Assembly: GCA_025929805.1 (NCBI GenBank)
Contig: JAICPP010000001.1
Span: 1 to 39,930 of the forward strand
DNA length: 39,930 nucleotides
DNA from: Gemmatimonadales bacterium
Lineage (GTDB): Bacteria > Gemmatimonadota > Gemmatimonadetes > Gemmatimonadales > GWC2-71-9
Direction: 5' to 3'
In this document: piece by piece, positions 28,037 to 36,846 of the stretch
Position numbering within the stretch: position 1 is the stretch's first letter
How the letters are laid out: each line of letters begins with the position of its first letter
The notes under the pieces: generated by a model
Seen by the model: the letters and a program-made list of their open reading frames with translations, nothing else
What the model was told of the DNA's origin: nothing
The model's database searches: none
Position numbers and translations under genes: made by a program

Positions 28037-28489
28037 ATGTACCTCAAGGACTTCTTCAGCCCCGACGCCATCACCCTCGACCTGCGGGGCGGATCCAAGG
28101 AAGAGGTCCTGGCGGAACTCGTAGCGTTGCTGAAGCTGGATGAACGAGCCTCGGGGACACTGCTCCGCATCATCCAGCGCCGAGAGAACCTGGGATCTAC
28201 CGGGATCGGTCGCGGTATCGCGATCCCCCATTGCCGCTCGCTCGTGGTGAATCGTTTGCGGCTCGCCTTCGGTCACCGGCACGAAGGAGTGGAGTACCAT
28301 GCCATAGACAACCAGCCGGTGTACAATTTCTTCCTGATCGTCGCTCCACCACTGGAAATCTCCAACCAATATCTTCCCGTGCTCGGCAAAATCGCGCAGC
28401 TTTCCAAGGAACCAGACGTTCCCGATCGACTCCGCGCGCTCCGATCCCCGGCGGATTTCTGGCGCCTCCTGGAGGAGAAGGGGGTGTAG
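28037..28489 (+). CDS. ptsN: PTS EIIA-Ntr-like nitrogen regulatory protein
   Basis: 150 aa starting MYLKDFFSPDAITLDL, with the phospho-His context GIGRGIAIPHCR. Confidence 0.82.
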   Translation: MYLKDFFSPDAITLDLRGGSKEEVLAELVALLKLDERASGTLLRIIQRRENLGSTGIGRGIAIPHCRSLVVNRLRLAFGHRHEGVEYHAIDNQPVYNFFLIVAPPLEISNQYLPVLGKIAQLSKEPDVPDRLRALRSPADFWRLLEEKGV

Positions 28490-28517
28490 AGATTTAGCCG
28501 TGGGACGTCAGATAGAC

Positions 28518-30680
28518 ATGACAGTACTTGGTCGCATACTGCTCCTCCCCGTCTTAGCCGTCAGCCCACCGCTTCACGCCCAGCAGTCGCCCCCCTGGTC
28601 CGCGTTTCAGGCCCTCCGGGATTCCCTGGCCGGCGTCACAGATACGATTGAGCTCAGAGTGATGCTCCGTCGCGTGCGCGACTCTGATCCACTTCGTGGT
28701 GGAGTGGCAGCCCTGCGGTTGGGTGAGCTGCGTGCCGATATCGACTTCAGCCACGCGATTTCGTGCTTCCGGCGCGCAGCGCGGCAGGAGCCCGGCCGCG
28801 CCGAGGCGTGGTTTGGCTTGGGAATGGCAGAGACCCTGCGCTCGCGGGCAGAGATGCGCGACCCGCTGCGACTGGGCAGCAGGGTGGGCCTCGGGGCGCT
28901 GGAGCGTGGGGCGGATCATCATGCCCGGGCGCTTCAACTCGAACCCCGGTTCGTTCCTGCTGCACTGGCACTCGCCGAGATAGAGCTCTCCTTGCTGGAC
29001 ACCACTCGCCTCCGAACAGCACGAGGCGTGTTGCGCTCGGCTGTCCGAGCGGGCGCTTCGGGACATCCCGATGTACTCCTCGCGTGGGGCCGGGTGGAAC
29101 GAGCTGCGGGCACGCTCGAGATGGCTGCCGCTGCGTTCCGGCGCTATCTCGCGAATGGTGGCAACCGCGCTCTGGGTCTCCTCGAGCTTGCGCGAACCCG
29201 TTTAGCCCTGGGGAGGCCGGATGGCAAGGAGCCCTATTACGAGGGGGCTTCGCTGGAGGACCGCGAGGCGATCGCGGGCTATCGAGCGGATCTCGAGCCG
29301 ATTGCGGCTGACTCGAACCTGAATGATTTCGACCGGCAGACTGGGCACCACCGGGCCGCTTTTCTGCATCGGTTCTGGACCGATCGAGACCATCTCGAGC
29401 TGCGACACGAGGGCGAACGGCTGCGAGAACATTATCGCCGTTTGATCTTCGCGCGGAGACACTTTCCACTGACGGTGAGCCGCCGGTTCTACGGCCGGTT
29501 GGACGCCTATCGGTCCGGCAACAACGAGGTGGACGATCGCGGCATCATCTACATCCGTCACGGGCAGCCCGCCGACCGCCTGCGGCCGTTCATTTTCAGG
29601 GCCATGCCGAACGAATCGTGGCGGTACGTCCGGGCCGAAGGGGATCTACTCTTCCATTTCAGCGCCGGATACGACGGAAACGGTGGCGGTGATCTCTATG
29701 ACTACAGGTTGGTGCAAAGCGTGCTCGACCTCCGGGGTGCCGAGGATGCTCCACGAGACCAGCTGATTCTTTCTCGCCAGTCATTGTCACCGCTCTACAG
29801 CCGAATGCTCAATTGGGGGCGGTACGGCTCCGCCAACGCGGAGGCGTCGGAGCGAAGCATCGGCGCCACCAGCATCGAGGTTGGAACCACTACCGATGCC
29901 TACGAGCTCCAGTTCAAGCGCAGGTTGGACGCGGTGGCCGATCTGATCAGCGTGGGCCGGCGGCAAGGCAACAGCCTGGCTCACCTTGTGTTTGGAATCG
30001 AGGCTTCCGGCACGAGCGGTGAGCCGACAGCCGAGGGCGTGGAGTACCGGGTGCGAGTGCGATTAGTGGCGCTGGATCGGCATGATCGCTCGGTGGGTAC
30101 GCTGGATACCGTGGTCGTGATTCACCATCTCCGGACACTGCATGCCGACGAATGGCTGGTGGGGCGCGCCGAGCTGAGTCTTCCTGGCGGACAATGGAGC
30201 TACCGGGCGGCGCTGGCACAAGGCGACAGCACGGGTGTGGTGCTGCCGCGGAATACCGTGCGGGTGGCCAACACCGATGGAAGGTCTCTGGGCCTAAGCG
30301 ACATTGCGCTTGGCTCGCCCGGCAGAGCGGTTTCCTGGATAACCGACGCCGCAGACACCGTTCTGCTGGCACCCTCGGCCCTCTTCCGCAGAGGCTCCGA
30401 AGTCGAAACCTACTACGAGGTGACGGGAGCGAGACCGCAGGCGTGGTATCGCCACCAGATCACGGTCCTCCGGGCGGGTGGCCGGGAAGCTGATGATGGG
30501 AAGAGGCCGCTGGTCTCGCTGTCTTTCGAGGAACAAGCAGCCGCCGAGGTGATCAGATCGCGCCGTACCGTCCGGCTCGAGCGCTTGAAGTCCGGGAGTT
30601 ACCTCGTGGAGGTCCGGGTAACGGGGCCAGATGGAATGGCTCAGGTGCGGAGGCGTGCAATACAGCTCATAGATCGGTGA
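28518..30680 (+). CDS. Secreted TPR-like / GWxTD-domain protein
   Basis: Signal peptide MTVLGRILLLPVLAVSPPLHAQQ from ATG 28518; the longest ORF starts at GTG 28500. The mid-region FLHRFWTDRD...HYRRLIFARRHF...DDRGIIYIRHGQPADRL...ESWRY resembles the GWxTD domain layout. Confidence 0.6.
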   Translation: MTVLGRILLLPVLAVSPPLHAQQSPPWSAFQALRDSLAGVTDTIELRVMLRRVRDSDPLRGGVAALRLGELRADIDFSHAISCFRRAARQEPGRAEAWFGLGMAETLRSRAEMRDPLRLGSRVGLGALERGADHHARALQLEPRFVPAALALAEIELSLLDTTRLRTARGVLRSAVRAGASGHPDVLLAWGRVERAAGTLEMAAAAFRRYLANGGNRALGLLELARTRLALGRPDGKEPYYEGASLEDREAIAGYRADLEPIAADSNLNDFDRQTGHHRAAFLHRFWTDRDHLELRHEGERLREHYRRLIFARRHFPLTVSRRFYGRLDAYRSGNNEVDDRGIIYIRHGQPADRLRPFIFRAMPNESWRYVRAEGDLLFHFSAGYDGNGGGDLYDYRLVQSVLDLRGAEDAPRDQLILSRQSLSPLYSRMLNWGRYGSANAEASERSIGATSIEVGTTTDAYELQFKRRLDAVADLISVGRRQGNSLAHLVFGIEASGTSGEPTAEGVEYRVRVRLVALDRHDRSVGTLDTVVVIHHLRTLHADEWLVGRAELSLPGGQWSYRAALAQGDSTGVVLPRNTVRVANTDGRSLGLSDIALGSPGRAVSWITDAADTVLLAPSALFRRGSEVETYYEVTGARPQAWYRHQITVLRAGGREADDGKRPLVSLSFEEQAAAEVIRSRRTVRLERLKSGSYLVEVRVTGPDGMAQVRRRAIQLIDR

Positions 30681-30690
30681 GCTGCCCGGC

Positions 30691-32313
30691 CTACTCCCAC
30701 TCGATGGTTGCGGGTGGCTTGGAGCTCACATCGTAGACCACGCGGTTCACCCCATCGACCTCATTGGCAATGCGATTCGAAACTCGGGCGAGCACCTCGG
30801 GTGGGAATGCAAACCAATCGGCGGTCATGCCGTCGCGACTGGTCACTGCTCGCAGGGCAATCACCTGATCGTAGGTTCGACAGTCACCCTGAACTCCTAC
30901 CGAGCGAACCGGCAACAGCACGGCGAAAGCCTGCCAGATATCGTCATAGAGCCCGGCCGCGCGAATCTCCTCGGTATAAATGGAGTCTGCGCGCCGGAGC
31001 ATTTCCAGGTTCTCAGGCGATACCTCCCCCAGTATCCTGATCGCCAGACCGGGACCGGGAAACGGATGACGACCCACCATCTCCTCCGGAAGTCCAAGCT
31101 CCCGCCCAACCTGACGCACTTCGTCCTTGAACAGCTCGCGTAGCGGCTCCAGCAACTTGAAAGGAAGTCGCTCGGGCAAGCCGCCGACGTTGTGGTGAGT
31201 CTTGATGGTGACCGACGGCCCGCCCAAGGGTGAGAGCGACTCGATGACATCGGGGTAGAGAGTCCCCTGCACCAGATATCCAACGTCCTTTCCCACCGCG
31301 CGGGCCTCGCTCTCGAAGACATCGATAAAGGTGCCACCGATCCGCCGGCGCTTTTCTTCCGGGTCAGTTATACCGGCGAGCTTCTCCAGGAAACGGGCCT
31401 GCGCGTCCACCACCCGAAGGTCGATCCCGAGATGCCGCCGGAAGGTCTGCTCGACCTGGTCGCGCTCGTGCAGGCGTAACAGGCCGTGGTCCACGAAGAT
31501 GCAGGTGAGCCGGTCGCCGACGGCGCGGTGCACCAGGACAGCCGCCACGGATGAATCGACCCCACCGGAGAGGCCGCAGATGACCCGGGCAGTGGGTCCC
31601 ACCACCTCCTGGATTCGGGCGACCTCGGTCTCCACGAAATGGCCCGGGGTCCAGTCCGGGGTACAGCCACAGATCTCGAAGAGATAGTTATTGAGGATCT
31701 CTCCGCCCCGGGGGGTGTGAGCCACTTCGGGGTGGAACTGCACCCCAAACAATGGACGCTGGCGGTGCTCGAAGGCTGCTACCGGCGAGTTGACGCTGGA
31801 CGCGGTCACGGTATACCCCGGCGGGGCGGTGTCGACGTGATCGCCATGGCTCATCCAGACCGGGGTTTCCTCACCTCGACCAAATCCATGAAACAACCGG
31901 CCATCTTCCACGCGGAGCTGAGCGCGGCCGTACTCGCGCCGGCTTGCCCTGACGACCTTGCCTCCGGACAGGTGGGCCAGGAGCTGCATGCCGTAGCAGA
32001 GCCCCAGGACCGGTGTCCCCAGCTCGAGCAGCTCCGGATCGGCTGTGGGAACGCTCTCACCGTAGACCGAGCTGGGCCCTCCCGAGAGGATAATTCCCTT
32101 GGGATTCCAGGCCCGAATCCACTCGATGGTACGGGAGGGAGGATGGATCTCACAGTACACGTGAGCTTCGCGCACTCGTCGGGCGATGAGCTGGGTGTAC
32201 TGGGACCCAAAATCGATGATCAGGATCCGGTCATGATGGGCCGACACTCCCACACCTTCGGTATCAGCCTGAACGCCAGTTTCGCGGCCACGCTCCTGCA
32301 CAGTTCTTACCAC
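30691..32313 (-). CDS. guaA: GMP synthase (glutamine-hydrolysing)
   Basis: [38 protein letters not shown] and C-terminal PPATIEWE. The start is uncertain. An in-frame GTG at 32247 ([14 protein letters not shown]), preceded by GAAGG, gives a more typical N-terminus than GTG 32313. Confidence 0.9.
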   Translation of the reverse strand: MVRTVQERGRETGVQADTEGVGVSAHHDRILIIDFGSQYTQLIARRVREAHVYCEIHPPSRTIEWIRAWNPKGIILSGGPSSVYGESVPTADPELLELGTPVLGLCYGMQLLAHLSGGKVVRASRREYGRAQLRVEDGRLFHGFGRGEETPVWMSHGDHVDTAPPGYTVTASSVNSPVAAFEHRQRPLFGVQFHPEVAHTPRGGEILNNYLFEICGCTPDWTPGHFVETEVARIQEVVGPTARVICGLSGGVDSSVAAVLVHRAVGDRLTCIFVDHGLLRLHERDQVEQTFRRHLGIDLRVVDAQARFLEKLAGITDPEEKRRRIGGTFIDVFESEARAVGKDVGYLVQGTLYPDVIESLSPLGGPSVTIKTHHNVGGLPERLPFKLLEPLRELFKDEVRQVGRELGLPEEMVGRHPFPGPGLAIRILGEVSPENLEMLRRADSIYTEEIRAAGLYDDIWQAFAVLLPVRSVGVQGDCRTYDQVIALRAVTSRDGMTADWFAFPPEVLARVSNRIANEVDGVNRVVYDVSSKPPATIEWE

Positions 32314-32409
32314 GATGGCACCCAGTCTAAGAGCAAGTTCGCTTCTCGTTGCTTTGTAGTCTTGTTTTTCACTTTGTGCCTTCGTGGTAGAAGATCCGCA
32401 GGAGTCTCG

Positions 32410-33744
32410 CTATTCAGAGATCCCGGAGTCAGAGCGCTCCGAGTCGAACAGATCCTCGATCCGTTCCCGCGGCCTGGCGACCCACCACTTCCCGCTATCG
32501 ACGATGACCTCGGGCGGCCGCGGGCGAGAGTTGTAGTTGGATGCCATCACAAAGCCGTATGCGCCCGCCCCCAACACCGCCAGCCCGTCACCGGCTTCCA
32601 GGCCGGGCAACATCCGATCGAGGGCCAGAAAGTCCCCCGTCTCGCATACCGGGCCAACGACATCGACCCGGTTAGCAGGGCGTCCCCTCTCCTCCAGCTC
32701 GATGATCTCGTGGTATGCCTGATAGTGGCTGGGTCGCACCAAGTCGTTCATTCCTGCATCCACCACCACGAACTCTTTCCCACCGGAATGCTTGCGGTAG
32801 AGGACGCGGGTCAGCAGCAGGCCGGCGCTACCAACCAGAAACCGTCCGGGCTCCAAATAGACCATGAGTCCGGTTGCGGCGAGATGTGGCACCACCGCGG
32901 CACCGAACTGAGCCGGCTCGATCGAACGTTCCTCGGCATAGCGGATGCCCAACCCTCCGCCGATGTCGAGAACCCTGAGCGAGGTCACTCCCCGCAGCCG
33001 CAGGCGCTGCGCCAGTTCACGGAGCCGGCCGATGCCCTGGATGAACGGCTCCGTATCCACGATCTGGCTGCCCAGGTGCATCGCGAGGGTGGTGAGCTCG
33101 AGTCGTGGGTGTCGCAGGATGTACTCGGCGGCCGGCAGGACCTGATCGGTCGGAACACCGAACTTCATTCCGCTCTTGCCGGTGGAGATGTACGGATGGG
33201 TATCGGTGGTCACGTCCGGATTGACTCGTATCCCCACCTGAACCGAAAGCCCTTCGCGCTCAGTAATTCGGCCGAGCAGCTCCAGCTCTTCCAGAGACTC
33301 CACGTTCAGGTGCCCGATGCCGGCTTTGGCAGCGGAGAGCAGCTCGTCGGCCGTCTTCCCTACCCCGCTGAAGACAATCTGATCGGGGGTGAAGCCGGCG
33401 GCGAGCGCTCGATGCATCTCGCCAACAGACACGATATCGGCGCCTGCGCCGAGCTCCTGCAGGATTCGGAGTACCGCCAGATTACCATTGGCCTTGACGG
33501 CAAAACAAATCCGATGCGGTAGGGGAGCGAGTGCGCGGTCCAGTGATCGGTAGCGGCTCCGAATCGACTCGGCGTTGTACACGAAAACTGGAGTGCCCAC
33601 CTGATTCGCTATCTCGGTCAGCGGAGCCCCGCCGAGAAGCAGCGTGGCAGCATCCCGTGTAAGTCCAGCATCTTCAAGGAGCGCGGAAGTTCCTGCCCCG
33701 CTGCCCCGCTGCCCCGCCGCCCTACTTAGTACGCCTTCGCCCAC
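32410..33744 (-). CDS. lysA: Diaminopimelate decarboxylase
   Basis: GTPVFVYN, CFAVKANGN (PLP lysine) and DIGGGLGI motifs. The N-terminal 30-40 aa of the longest ORF are low complexity and include the octamer repeat, so the true start is uncertain. Confidence 0.85.
   Translation of the reverse strand: MGEGVLSRAAGQRGSGAGTSALLEDAGLTRDAATLLLGGAPLTEIANQVGTPVFVYNAESIRSRYRSLDRALAPLPHRICFAVKANGNLAVLRILQELGAGADIVSVGEMHRALAAGFTPDQIVFSGVGKTADELLSAAKAGIGHLNVESLEELELLGRITEREGLSVQVGIRVNPDVTTDTHPYISTGKSGMKFGVPTDQVLPAAEYILRHPRLELTTLAMHLGSQIVDTEPFIQGIGRLRELAQRLRLRGVTSLRVLDIGGGLGIRYAEERSIEPAQFGAAVVPHLAATGLMVYLEPGRFLVGSAGLLLTRVLYRKHSGGKEFVVVDAGMNDLVRPSHYQAYHEIIELEERGRPANRVDVVGPVCETGDFLALDRMLPGLEAGDGLAVLGAGAYGFVMASNYNSRPRPPEVIVDSGKWWVARPRERIEDLFDSERSDSGISE
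33693..33716. repeat. Perfect 3x tandem octamer CTGCCCCG (CGGGGCAG on the minus strand)
   Basis: 33693-33700, 33701-33708 and 33709-33716 are identical. Located 10 nt downstream of the proS stop, inside the 5' end of the longest lysA ORF. Confidence 0.9.
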
Positions 33745-35174
33745 ACGGCCTCGGCCACGCTAGGACGGCCGCACCACATGCATTTGGTGGGCGCCACGGA
33801 GGAGCGGAACTCCTCATCGGGAAGAACGCGGATGGTCGCCTTGGTTTGCTCCTTGATTTCCGCCTCGCACGCGGCGGATCCGCAGAATCCGCCATACACC
33901 AGGCCACCCTCGTTTTCCATCTTGGCGATGAACTGCTCCTTGGTCGCTCCCCGCAGCGTAGCTGCCTCACGCCGGGCCAGCGCTGCCTGGAACAGGTCGG
34001 CTTGCAGTTTGTTCATGGCGACGGTGATGGCGCTGGCGACGCCTTCCATCAAGATGGTTTCCTTTTTGCCCCCGGTCCGGCGGGCCAACACGACGGAGCC
34101 GGATGACACATCTCGGGGACCCAGCTCCAAGCGGAGCGGGACTCCCCGTCCTTCCCATTCGTAATATTTGGCGCCGGGCTTCATGTCGTCCCGCGCATCC
34201 AGGTGCACGCGCATACCGGCCGCTGCCAGCTCCTTCCGCACCCGGTCCGAGGCTTCCATGACCGCGGTGCGTTCCTCGGCGGTCTTGTAAATCGGAACGA
34301 TGACGACCTGGTACTGGGCAAGCCGGGGGGGACAGACCAGGCCCAGGTCGTCGCTGTGCGTCATGATGAGCGCGCCGACCATGCGGGTGGACGCTCCCCA
34401 TGAGGTACTCCATACGTGGTCCAGGTCTCCGTTGGCCGTCTGGAAGGTGACCTCGAACGCACGGGCGAAGTTCTGACCCAGATTGTGGCTGGTGCTGGCC
34501 TGGAGCGCCTTGTTGTCCTGCATCAGCGCTTCGCAGCTGTAGGTGCGCAGCGCGCCGGCGAAGCGCTCACTGTCTGTCTTGCGCCCGGTGATCACCGGCA
34601 TGGCCATCCACTGTTCCATGAAGGTCCGGTAGACGCCCAGCATCCGGATGGTCTCCTCCTCGGCTTCCGCCTCGGTAGCGTGAGCCGTATGACCCTCCTG
34701 CCAGAGGAACTCGGTGGTTCGCAGGAACAGCCGGGTGCGCATCTCCCAGCGGACCACGTTGGCCCACTGGTTGATCAGGATCGGGAGATCGCGGTAGCTC
34801 TGGATCCATTTGGCATACATCGCGTAGATGATCGTTTCCGATGTAGGCCGGATGATCAGCGGCTCGTCCAGCTCCTTGCCGCCGCCGTGAGTCACGACGG
34901 CAACTTCGGGCGCAAACCCCTCTACGTGCTCCGCCTCACGCGAGAGGAAACTCTGCGGAATGAAGATCGGGAAGTAGGCGTTTTGGTGGCCGGTATCCTT
35001 GAACATCTGATCCAGGGCGCGCTGCATCTGCTCCCAGATGGCGTAGCCGTTGGGGCGGATCACCATGCAGCCCCGCACCGGACTGTAGTCCGCCAGCTCG
35101 GCGCGGGCGATGACTTCGTTGTACCAGGCGCTGAAATCGGCGGCCCGGGTGGTGAGTGCCTTGTTCTCAGCCAT
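33726..35174 (-). CDS. proS: Prolyl-tRNA synthetase (archaeal/eukaryote-like type without an insertion editing domain)
   Basis: 482 aa starting MAENKALTTRAADFSAWYNEVIARAELADYSPVRGCMVIRPNGYAIWE, with a C-terminal Cys-rich zinc domain ending WAKAY. Confidence 0.9.
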   Translation of the reverse strand: MAENKALTTRAADFSAWYNEVIARAELADYSPVRGCMVIRPNGYAIWEQMQRALDQMFKDTGHQNAYFPIFIPQSFLSREAEHVEGFAPEVAVVTHGGGKELDEPLIIRPTSETIIYAMYAKWIQSYRDLPILINQWANVVRWEMRTRLFLRTTEFLWQEGHTAHATEAEAEEETIRMLGVYRTFMEQWMAMPVITGRKTDSERFAGALRTYSCEALMQDNKALQASTSHNLGQNFARAFEVTFQTANGDLDHVWSTSWGASTRMVGALIMTHSDDLGLVCPPRLAQYQVVIVPIYKTAEERTAVMEASDRVRKELAAAGMRVHLDARDDMKPGAKYYEWEGRGVPLRLELGPRDVSSGSVVLARRTGGKKETILMEGVASAITVAMNKLQADLFQAALARREAATLRGATKEQFIAKMENEGGLVYGGFCGSAACEAEIKEQTKATIRVLPDEEFRSSVAPTKCMWCGRPSVAEAVWAKAY

Positions 35175-36468
35175 GTATCCGGCTCTTTATGATCTCCACT
35201 GCAGAGGCTTGAGCTATTGCTTCCTGTGCACCGCTCGCCAGATCCCGGAGGATCAACTCCCCTCGGGACCGCTCATCCGGACCGACTACAACTGCCAGTC
35301 GCGCAGTCCGCGCATCAGCGAGCTTGAGCTGCTTCCCCACAGCTTGAGGGCTTAACGCATACTCGACCCGGAGGCCAGCATCCCGCAGCTGGTGGGCCAG
35401 TGCGAGGACGTGACTCAGATCCTCCTTGGTAATGAACGCCAGAAAGACATCGATGCCACTGACGTCGGCCGGCATCCTTTCCTTCTCCTTGAGCAGCTCG
35501 GCCAACACGACGTCACCCATACCAAATCCGAGGGCTGGAAGGTCCACGCCCCCAAGATCCCGAAGTAGATGATCGTATCTGCCGCCGCCGCAGATCGCGC
35601 GCAGCGTACGTCCCGTGTCGAACAACTCGAAGACGATCCCGGTGTAGTACGCCAGTCCCCGTACGATGGTAAGATCGATCTCCAGAAACTCTGCGAGCCC
35701 CATTTGACCCAGCGCCTGGTACGCCTGGCGCAAGGGTTCGGCTGTGGTAGCCAGCTCCGGTGACCGCCCAAGCTCGGATTCCAGTTGTTCCCAGCCCCTG
35801 ATTCTGGACACCTCCTCGAGGTCGAGTACTGTCGCTGGAGCGAACACCTCCGGGCGCGAGGAAAACTCCTCGAGCTGTTCCCGTCGCATCCGTTCCACCT
35901 TGTCCATGAACTCATAGGCTTTCGGCAGGCTTTGAAGTGGTACCCCCCGGTACCGCAGAATCGCCGTGAGCACGCGCCGGTCCGATAATCTTACCCGGAC
36001 GTCCTGAGGTCCGAGCCCAAACGCACGCATGACATCGATGGCGAGCGCGATGATCTCCGCGTCCGCCAGCGGGCTCGCCTCACCAATCAGATCGCAGTTG
36101 AGCTGGAAGTGTTCTCGAAGTCTCCCCCGTTGCTGCCGCTCATAGCGGAACAGCTGGGGGATCGAGAACCACCGGATGGGCTTCCTCAGTTCGCCGGCAC
36201 GGGCCGCTACCATGCGGGCCAGCGTCGGGGTCATCTCCGGTCGCAGCGCGACATCCCGATCTCCCTTGTCTCTAAAACTATAAAGCTGCCCAACGATCTC
36301 CTCACCACTCTTGGTGGTATACAGATCCAATGGCTCGAGCGGCGGCCCATCGTACTCCTCGAACCCGTATCCGTGGGCCACCGTCCGCCAGGTGTTGAAG
36401 ATGTGAGACCGGAGCGCGAGATCGGTGGGGTAAAAATCACGAAAGCCCGGCAGGGCCTTGGGTTTCAT
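35167..36468 (-). CDS. hisS: Histidyl-tRNA synthetase
   Basis: MKPKALPGFRDFYP N-terminus, FRYERQQRGRLREHFQ motif 2, and GGGRYD. 433 aa. Confidence 0.92.
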   Translation of the reverse strand: MKPKALPGFRDFYPTDLALRSHIFNTWRTVAHGYGFEEYDGPPLEPLDLYTTKSGEEIVGQLYSFRDKGDRDVALRPEMTPTLARMVAARAGELRKPIRWFSIPQLFRYERQQRGRLREHFQLNCDLIGEASPLADAEIIALAIDVMRAFGLGPQDVRVRLSDRRVLTAILRYRGVPLQSLPKAYEFMDKVERMRREQLEEFSSRPEVFAPATVLDLEEVSRIRGWEQLESELGRSPELATTAEPLRQAYQALGQMGLAEFLEIDLTIVRGLAYYTGIVFELFDTGRTLRAICGGGRYDHLLRDLGGVDLPALGFGMGDVVLAELLKEKERMPADVSGIDVFLAFITKEDLSHVLALAHQLRDAGLRVEYALSPQAVGKQLKLADARTARLAVVVGPDERSRGELILRDLASGAQEAIAQASAVEIIKSRIHG

Positions 36469-36474
36469 GGGGGG

Positions 36475-36480
36475 AGTATA
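36475..36480 (-). promoter_or_regulatory. Candidate -10 box TATACT, 6 nt upstream of the hisS ATG (leaderless geometry); -35 weak
   Basis: Minus strand reads ccgTTTTATACTccccccATG, with no SD (C-run). Confidence 0.3.
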
Positions 36481-36482
36481 AA

Positions 36483-36520
36483 ACGGTAAGCGGTGAGCGG
36501 GAAGAAGAACGGTAAGCGGG
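36483..36520. repeat. Left arm of an inverted GGTAAG/GGTGAG-type periodic repeat
   Basis: acGGTAAGCGGTGAGCGGGAAGAAGAACGGTAAGCGGG. About 21/30 identical (one gap, by hand) to the reverse complement of the right arm at 36808-36844. Confidence 0.6.
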
Positions 36521-36807
36521 TCTGCGCTGTTCGCTCAGCTGCAACATGCTCTCCTGTCCCTGCCCCTCAACATCGCCGGTGGATAATCTTTCGGTGACTC
36601 ACCAGGCTTTACGCATTACCTGCGAATCGCATATGGTTCTGCCGTCGAGACGGGAGAGCTGCTCGAAATTGCGCCCAAGGCAAATGTCATTAGAGTGGAC
36701 GCTGGCGGCGGTATACTGAACCGCAGCTACAGGACACAACGTCTGCTCTTGGGTATGCTGCGTCGCAGGAATGCAGGTAAATTACTCCTGGTCATTCCTC
36801 TACGCTG

Positions 36808-36844
36808 CTTCTTCCCGGTTCACGTTTTTCTTTCCCGCCTACCC
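36808..36844. repeat. Right arm of the same inverted repeat, ending 3 nt from the folC stop codon
   Basis: The reverse complement reads GGGTAGGCGGGAAAGAAAAACGTGAACCGGGAAGAAG. It shares TAAA(A)GGGTA and AAACG(G)TGAACCGG ends with the 2592-2624 arm. Confidence 0.6.
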
Positions 36845-36846
36845 TT

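Noticed and set aside
31639-33522. 627-aa plus-strand ORF, with similar long ORFs at 38193-39572 (+), 26880-28025 (+), 25466-26440 (+), 4698-5777 (-), 10691-11590 (-) and 3860-4549 (-)
   Set aside because: All lie antisense to, or out of frame with, genes carrying clear family signatures (guaA/lysA, accD/rodA, dus, corA, htrA, purQ/purL, truA). Their translations are Arg/Pro/Gly/Ala-rich low-complexity strings typical of shadow ORFs in GC-rich DNA. I recognised no motif in any of them.
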